A stretch of DNA of 64,000 nucleotides from Candidatus Buchananbacteria bacterium CG10_big_fil_rev_8_21_14_0_10_33_19. Its GTDB lineage: Bacteria; Patescibacteriota; Patescibacteriia; 2-01-FULL-39-33. The stretch lies in the NCBI GenBank assembly GCA_002773855.1, contig PEZY01000012.1:161570-225569 (forward strand), given 5' to 3'. Made by a program: the position numbers and the translations under genes. Positions 58,436-64,000 of the stretch are shown one piece after another. The notes below the pieces were generated by a model that saw nothing but the letters and a program-made list of their open reading frames with translations, had not been told where the DNA came from and did not search any database. Each line of letters begins with the position of its first letter. The stretch's first letter is position 1.

Positions 58436-59620
58436 GTGAGAGTCAGATCAATTAGAGAATTAAAGAATATTAAAAATAAGCGTATTTTATTACGCGTTGA
58501 TTTTAACGTTCCAATTTCTAAGTCTGGTAAGATTGATCAAAATGAAGATTATCGAATTGTACAAACTCTACCGACTATAAAATATCTACTCAAAAAGAAA
58601 GCCAAGGTTGTTATATTAGCTCATTTAGGTAGACCAGGCGGTAAGGTTGTGGAAAGTCTAAGATTAGATCCAGTGGCTATTAGATTGTCACAGTTACTTA
58701 AAAAAGACATTTATAAAAGTGACAGTATTATAGACAAAGACACACTTAAAAATATTGATAGCTTAGCAGGTGGTAATATTTTGATGTTAGAAAATATTCG
58801 CTTTGATAAACGTGAGGAAAAGGCTGATAAAAAATTTGCTAATGAGCTAGCTGGTTTAGGTGATATTTATGTCAATGATGCTTTTGCTGTTTGCCATCGT
58901 GATCAGGCTTCGGTGTCTACGATTCAAAACCATTTACCAGCTTATGCTGGGTTGTTGTTAGAAGATGAATTAAAAAATTTAAATTCTGCAGTAATCAAAC
59001 CGTTTAAACCTTTGACCGTGATAATTGGTGGCGCTAAAATTTCTACTAAGATTAAATTAATTCAAAGGTTTTTAAAAATTTCTGACCATGTTTTATTGGG
59101 TGGGGCCTTAGCCAATACAGTTTTGCACGTGATGGGAGTGTCAGTGGGAAAATCTTTGGTAGAGCCAGAAATGTATCCAGTGATTAGAAAGATTAAATTA
59201 ACTGATAATCAATTAAGAGTGCCAGTGGACGGTTTATTGGCTAAAAATTATCAGGCTAAGACTGGTAGATTAGATGCTTTAGCTGATGTTCGACCAGATG
59301 AATTGATTTTGGATATTGGCCCAGATACTATTAAACTATATGAAAAGATTATCAAATCTTCGAAGATGATTGTTTGGAATGGCCCCATGGGTTTAATTGA
59401 AACGCCATTTTTTGCTAAAGGTACAGAGTCTTTAATTAAAATACTGGCCAAAACAAAGGCTTATACGGTAGTGGGTGGTGGTGAAAGTGTCCAAGTTATT
59501 AGACGACTTAATTTAGAAAAAAAATTTAATTTTATTTCGACTGGTGGTGGGGCCATGTTAGAATTTTTGGAGGGCAAAAAATTACCAGGACTTAAAAAAA
59601 TATTATTAACTAATAAATAA
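58436..59620 (+). CDS. pgk: Phosphoglycerate kinase
   Basis: LRVDFNVP, AHLGRP, LENIRF, NDAF, GGAKISTK, DIGP, WNGPMG, STGGGA. Confidence 0.97.
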   Translation: MRVRSIRELKNIKNKRILLRVDFNVPISKSGKIDQNEDYRIVQTLPTIKYLLKKKAKVVILAHLGRPGGKVVESLRLDPVAIRLSQLLKKDIYKSDSIIDKDTLKNIDSLAGGNILMLENIRFDKREEKADKKFANELAGLGDIYVNDAFAVCHRDQASVSTIQNHLPAYAGLLLEDELKNLNSAVIKPFKPLTVIIGGAKISTKIKLIQRFLKISDHVLLGGALANTVLHVMGVSVGKSLVEPEMYPVIRKIKLTDNQLRVPVDGLLAKNYQAKTGRLDALADVRPDELILDIGPDTIKLYEKIIKSSKMIVWNGPMGLIETPFFAKGTESLIKILAKTKAYTVVGGGESVQVIRRLNLEKKFNFISTGGGAMLEFLEGKKLPGLKKILLTNK

Positions 59621-59622
59621 GT

Positions 59623-60603
59623 ATGAAAAGCAAATATCTTTATTTAGTACCTTTGTTTTTATTTATAGTTCTTTTTTCTTTCGGTGGTAGCGTAATAGCA
59701 GCAGACAAAGACTTATTAATTGACAGTGTTGCCTTTGATCCAGTTCAGCCAGTTGTTGGTCAAACCACTAAGATAATAGTTAAAGCTAGATATTATGGTA
59801 CCAATCCGTTGACTATTAATTATGGTGTAGATAATGTTGCTTTTTCTCATAGTGATTTTTGGCAAATAGATAGTTCTAATAATGGGTCATCAATCAAGCC
59901 AGCAAGTTATAATCCGCTTTATTCGGGTGCGGAATTCACATATGTTTTTACTGGCCGGTTTACTGGCGGTGGTGAAAAAATGTTAGTCTTTAAAATTGAT
60001 GGCTATAATCAATTAGCAGAATATAACGAGTACAATAATATTATAAATGTCAATATTAATGTTTTACAAACTGGTGATTTGATTAAATTAACAAATGATC
60101 CAGCTGTTTATATGATTGGCGATGATGGTAAAAAACATCTCTATGTTAATGCTCCAACTTTTTGGAGTTATTATAGAGGTAGTTGGGGTAATTTAATTTT
60201 AGATAATAAAAATGTTTATATTAAAATAATTTCACAGGCAAATTTTGATGAGATAGATATTGGCAAAAACATTACCATGAAGCCAGGTGCTAAGTTGGTT
60301 AAATTTCAAAACAGTCCTAGAATTTATTCAGTATTCGGTTCAGCCAAGCTTCGATATATGTCAGATCAAACAGTTGCAAATTTGTATGGTTATAATTGGG
60401 GTAATAAAGTAATAACTCTTCAAAATGGTTTTGAATCAGATTATTTTTTAGCCAGCCAGGATTTTGTTGATAGTGATGGTGATGGCTTGTCTGATGAAGA
60501 TGAATTTAGTATTTATCGAACTAATCCTTATAATGTTGACACAGATCACGATGGCCACAGAGACGGAGTAGAAGTGATTAATAGTTATAGTCCAATAATA
60601 TAA
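59623..60603 (+). CDS. Secreted protein: CARDB/Ig-like domain, repeat module and Ca-binding DxDxDG (bacterial TSP3-like) tail
   Basis: Signal peptide; DL.I..V.F.P..P..G and IDGYNQLAEYNEYNN; GDLIKL...AVY repeat; DSDGDGLSDEDE...TNP...DTDHDGHRDGVEV. Confidence 0.7.
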   Translation: MKSKYLYLVPLFLFIVLFSFGGSVIAADKDLLIDSVAFDPVQPVVGQTTKIIVKARYYGTNPLTINYGVDNVAFSHSDFWQIDSSNNGSSIKPASYNPLYSGAEFTYVFTGRFTGGGEKMLVFKIDGYNQLAEYNEYNNIINVNINVLQTGDLIKLTNDPAVYMIGDDGKKHLYVNAPTFWSYYRGSWGNLILDNKNVYIKIISQANFDEIDIGKNITMKPGAKLVKFQNSPRIYSVFGSAKLRYMSDQTVANLYGYNWGNKVITLQNGFESDYFLASQDFVDSDGDGLSDEDEFSIYRTNPYNVDTDHDGHRDGVEVINSYSPII

Positions 60604-60650
60604 TAAATTTAATTAAATCAAATCAATTAATAATTAATTAGAAAAAATAT

Positions 60651-61448
60651 ATGGAAGGTCAAATGATGGATAAAAAACACTATATGCCTAAAAAAATTAT
60701 GATAATTTTTTTGAGCGTAGTATTAGTGCTTTTGGGAATTTATTTAATTTCTTTAACTAGAAATTCGTTAAAGAGTTATAGCTATATAGGTAAATCACCA
60801 GAATTTAAAAATATTATAACAGTAGATGGTAGTGGTAAGGTAACTGCTAAATCCGATGTGGCTATAATTAATGCTGGAGTTGTGACTGAGAAATTAACAG
60901 TAGAGCAAGCGCAAAAAGAGAACACCGATAAAATGAATGCTATTGTTAAGGCTTTAAAAGATGAATTTAAGATTGCTGATAGTGATATTAAAACTAATCA
61001 GTATGGTATTAATCCTAGATATGATTGGAGCGATGGCACACAACGAATTATTGGCTATACAGTTAATCAGTCTGTAGAAATTAAAGTGAGAGATTTTAGT
61101 AAAATCGGTGATATTTTGGCGCGGTCCGCTGAACTAGGTACTAATAGTTTGAATGGTCCAAATTTTACTATTGACGATCCAGAAGAGTTTAAGGCTCAAG
61201 CTAGGGAAAAGGCCATAGCACAAGCTAAAGAAAAGGCTAAAGTTTTGTCTGATCAAGTGGGAATTAAATTGGGATCAATCGTTAATTTCTCAGAAAATTT
61301 TAATGGTTCATCTGGACCAATACTTTATGCTAACGATATGGCTTATGGTTTAGGTGGTGGTGGTGAAAAATCATTACCAGTACCAACTATTGAGGTTGGC
61401 AGCGAAGAAGTAGCTGTTAGTGTTAGTATAAGCTATGAAATAAGATAA
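60651..61448 (+). CDS. SIMPL (DUF541/BP26) domain protein
   Basis: ITVDGSGKV...DVA, IKTNQY.INPRY, GYTVNQSV, AREKAIAQAKEKA, V.VSV.ISY. Confidence 0.9.
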   Translation: MEGQMMDKKHYMPKKIMIIFLSVVLVLLGIYLISLTRNSLKSYSYIGKSPEFKNIITVDGSGKVTAKSDVAIINAGVVTEKLTVEQAQKENTDKMNAIVKALKDEFKIADSDIKTNQYGINPRYDWSDGTQRIIGYTVNQSVEIKVRDFSKIGDILARSAELGTNSLNGPNFTIDDPEEFKAQAREKAIAQAKEKAKVLSDQVGIKLGSIVNFSENFNGSSGPILYANDMAYGLGGGGEKSLPVPTIEVGSEEVAVSVSISYEIR

Positions 61449-61471
61449 TTTTAAGAAATAAAATAATTATA

Positions 61472-62722
61472 ATGGCAAAAATAAAATCAGTTAAAGCTCG
61501 AGAAATTTTAGATTCCAGAGGTAATCCCACTGTGGAAGTGGAGATTATTTTGGATAATAATAAAAAAGTTTGGGCTAGTGTACCATCTGGTGCTTCAACT
61601 GGTGTTTATGAAGCCTTAGAGCTACGCGATGGTGATAAAAAGAGATATGGCGGTAAGGGTGTGTTAAAAGCCGTTAAAAATATTAATAAAAAAATAGCCC
61701 CTAAAATTATTGGCCTAGATCCTACTAGTCAAATAGAAATTGATAATCTAATGATTAAGTTGGATGGTACAGAAAATAAATCTAAATTGGGGGCTAATGC
61801 TATTTTGGGGGTTTCAATGGCGGTGGCCAGAGCTGGAGCTCAGGCTACAAATCAACCACTTTATTTATACTTACGCAAAAAGTTTTGGAGCCAACAAAAG
61901 AAATGGCAATTTCCAATGCCAACAATGAATATTTTAAATGGCGGTGTTCATGCTGGCTGGTCTATAGATGTTCAAGAGTTTATGGTGGTACCACAACAAA
62001 AAAATATTCATCAGGCTATTAGGTGTGGGGTAGAAATATTTCATAGCTTAAAATCTATTTTAAAAGATATGAATTACCCAGTGACGGTAGGTGATGAGGG
62101 TGGTTATGCTCCAGCACTAGGCGGTAATGAACAAGCGATGCAATTGATGTCCAAGGCTATTAAAAAAGCTGGTTATAATTTTGGTCGTGATGTAAAAATT
62201 TCTATGGATCCAGCTTCATCAGAATTTTATAAAAATGGTCAATATGAAATGAAAGCTGATAAGAGAAATAGAACATCTGATGAGATGATAGAGATGTATA
62301 AAAAGTGGGTAGCTAAATATCCCATTGCTTTTATTGAAGATGGCTTAGCTGAAGATGATTGGGCTGGTTGGCAAAAATTAACTACCGAACTTGGTAAAAA
62401 AATACCTCTCATAGGTGATGATTTATTTGTGACCAATGTTAAGAGATTACAAGAAGGTATAGATAAAAAAGTTGGCAATGCTATTTTGATAAAATTAAAT
62501 CAAATTGGTAGCGTGTCAGAGACAATAGAAACTATGCTTTTGGCTCAGAAAAATAAATATAAACTAGCCATATCTCATCGTAGCGGTGAGACGGTGGATG
62601 ATTTCATTGCTGATTTGGCAGTTGCCTCAAGTGCCGAGTTTATTAAGACCGGATCATTATCTCGCGGTGAAAGAATTACCAAATACAATAGATTAATGGA
62701 AATTTGGGACGAAGTTAAGTAA
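61472..62722 (+). CDS. eno: Enolase
   Basis: AREILDSRGNPTVE, VPSGASTG, GANAILGVS, GDEGG, GDDLFVTN, SHRSGET, IKTGS. Confidence 0.98.
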   Translation: MAKIKSVKAREILDSRGNPTVEVEIILDNNKKVWASVPSGASTGVYEALELRDGDKKRYGGKGVLKAVKNINKKIAPKIIGLDPTSQIEIDNLMIKLDGTENKSKLGANAILGVSMAVARAGAQATNQPLYLYLRKKFWSQQKKWQFPMPTMNILNGGVHAGWSIDVQEFMVVPQQKNIHQAIRCGVEIFHSLKSILKDMNYPVTVGDEGGYAPALGGNEQAMQLMSKAIKKAGYNFGRDVKISMDPASSEFYKNGQYEMKADKRNRTSDEMIEMYKKWVAKYPIAFIEDGLAEDDWAGWQKLTTELGKKIPLIGDDLFVTNVKRLQEGIDKKVGNAILIKLNQIGSVSETIETMLLAQKNKYKLAISHRSGETVDDFIADLAVASSAEFIKTGSLSRGERITKYNRLMEIWDEVK

Positions 62723-62732
62723 TAGTTGTTTC

Positions 62733-62761
62733 AAAAGGCGGTCAATTCTGGCCGCTTTTTT
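62733..62761 (+). terminator. Intrinsic terminator after eno
   Basis: aaaaggcggtca/tggccgctttt stem followed by a T-tract. Confidence 0.75.
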
Positions 62762-62763
62762 AA

Positions 62764-62792
62764 TTGACAAAATAGATTAAATGTGGAATTAT
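62764..62792 (+). promoter_or_regulatory. Candidate sigma70-type promoter
   Basis: TTGACA-14 nt-TG-g-AATTAT (weak -10). Confidence 0.45.
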
Positions 62793-62866
62793 GTCAGTGA
62801 GTTTGTTCTTTAAATATATAACAAATACCAACAAAGCTAGGCTTATACGCCTCAGGAGGAAGTGTT

Positions 62867-64000
62867 ATGACAATAGACAGGCCTTATGATGCAATTATTA
62901 TTGGTGGCGGACATAATGGGTTGGTTTGTGCCACATATTTGGCTAGAGCTGGTTTAAGGGTGGTAGTTTTGGAGCGTCGCCCGGTTTTGGGTGGTGCCTG
63001 TGTCACTGAAGAAATGGCTGGTTGTCAGGTATCTCGAACCTCTTATGTTTCTAGTTTGTTTCCACCAAAAATTATTCAAGATTTAGATCTTCATAATTTT
63101 GGCTTAGAATTGCTAGAAAGAAATCCACCGTCATTTACACCATACTTAGATGGTCGGTATTTAATTTTACATCAGGATCTGCACAAGACTCAGGCGGAAA
63201 TACTTAAATTTTCTAAAAATGATGCTTACTATTATCCAATATACGAAGCTAACCTTGATCGAGTAGTAGGTTTTGTTGAAGATTTACTTTTTATGACGCC
63301 GCCAGATCCGACCAAGAAAAAAGATTGGTTGAAACTAGCTATGTTAGGCTTAAAAGCTTTAGGCTTGAAACAAGATTTAGTAACTTTATCAGAACTTTTT
63401 AGTTTGAGCGCTTATGATTTTGTTAAAAAGCATTTTGAAAGCGATATTTTGATAGCCACTTTGTGTACCGACGGTATAATTGGGGCGGTGGGCGGACCAT
63501 TTTGTCCTGGTACGGCTTATGTTTTATTACATCATGTGATGGGTGAGATTAATGGTCATCGTGGCCGTTGGGGTTATGTACGTGGTGGTATGGGTGGCTT
63601 AACTAGATCAATTTCGATATCATTGATACGTCACGGCGGATTTTATGATACCAGCTCTGAGGTTGCTAATATTTTAATAGATAATAGCAGGGTCAGTGGC
63701 GTTCTTTTAACCGATGGTCGAGTTTTCAAATCTAAGATTGTTGTTTCTGGCGCTGATTTGCATAACACCTTTGATAAAATGCTACAGGGTGTAGAATTGC
63801 CAGATGATTTTAGAAAAGGCTTAGACGCCATAGACTACAGTAGCGCCACTTCTAAAATTAATCTAGTAATTGAAGGTGAGTTAAAATTTAAGTGTTATGA
63901 TGGTCAGGTGCCAGGTACTTTCCATATTTGTGAAAATGTGGCGTATATGGAACGAGCAGCTGATGTGGCCAAACATGGCGGTATTTCTGATGATTTAGTG
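62867..64000 (+). CDS. FAD-dependent oxidoreductase, phytoene desaturase/PYROXD2-like family; runs off the window end (absent from the ORF track)
   Basis: My translation: MTIDRPYDAIIIGGGHNGLVCATYLARAGLRVVVLERRPVLGGACVTEE...PGTAYVLLHHVMGE...WGYVRGGMGGL; SD AGGAGG at 62854-62859. Confidence 0.85.
   Translation, partial: MTIDRPYDAIIIGGGHNGLVCATYLARAGLRVVVLERRPVLGGACVTEEMAGCQVSRTSYVSSLFPPKIIQDLDLHNFGLELLERNPPSFTPYLDGRYLILHQDLHKTQAEILKFSKNDAYYYPIYEANLDRVVGFVEDLLFMTPPDPTKKKDWLKLAMLGLKALGLKQDLVTLSELFSLSAYDFVKKHFESDILIATLCTDGIIGAVGGPFCPGTAYVLLHHVMGEINGHRGRWGYVRGGMGGLTRSISISLIRHGGFYDTSSEVANILIDNSRVSGVLLTDGRVFKSKIVVSGADLHNTFDKMLQGVELPDDFRKGLDAIDYSSATSKINLVIEGELKFKCYDGQVPGTFHICENVAYMERAADVAKHGGISDDLV

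Noticed and set aside
157-63831. Short (60-130 aa) ORFs nested in or antisense to long genes
   Set aside because: Fully overlap motif-supported CDSs and show no recognisable motifs
1-64000. Alternative genetic code (UGA=Gly), rRNA, tRNA, transposases
   Set aside because: Long ORFs are intact in code 11 and TGA ends genes at domain ends (ATGA overlaps); no cloverleaf, rRNA-like stretch or DDE/HUH motif noticed by eye

Overview
Very AT-rich bacterial DNA using the standard code (TGA serves as stop, e.g. 15592-15594). Most genes lack Shine-Dalgarno (SD) leaders, and two secreted proteins carry a repeat I associate with Patescibacteria/CPR (Parcubacteria-like); that assignment is inference. Most of 1-57.8 kb is a large cell-surface glycan locus: an O-antigen-ligase/O-OTase-like TPR protein, about 11 GT4 domains, four GT2s, three GT-C membrane transferases, Wzx, two GtrA proteins, a WbaP-type priming transferase, NDP-sugar enzymes, and decorating enzymes (deacetylase, methyltransferases, FemAB-like GNAT, sulfotransferase). 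Two embedded modules stand out. One is a CotH-kinase / VTC polyphosphate-polymerase / DUF4956 triad (19.8-24.1 kb). The other is an unassigned six-gene pathway (30.2-35.8 kb): divergent GT-cupin, KdsC-type HAD, SdhL-class shikimate-dehydrogenase homologue, nucleotidyltransferase-kinase fusion, GatZ/KbaZ-like protein and cupin. The right end has housekeeping genes (alr, rmuC, ppa-like, pgk, eno). Four unrelated solo genes share a leader not seen on the other genes (TTGACA promoter, boxA-like 12-mer, SD). Non-coding features include a CGTC-type REP-like palindrome, a ~210-nt nested-stem intergenic element, and three perfect or near-perfect palindromes built from tandem 12-bp palindromic units. 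I saw no rRNA, tRNA, CRISPR array, integrase or transposase. Family calls rest on motifs read by eye; no searches were run.
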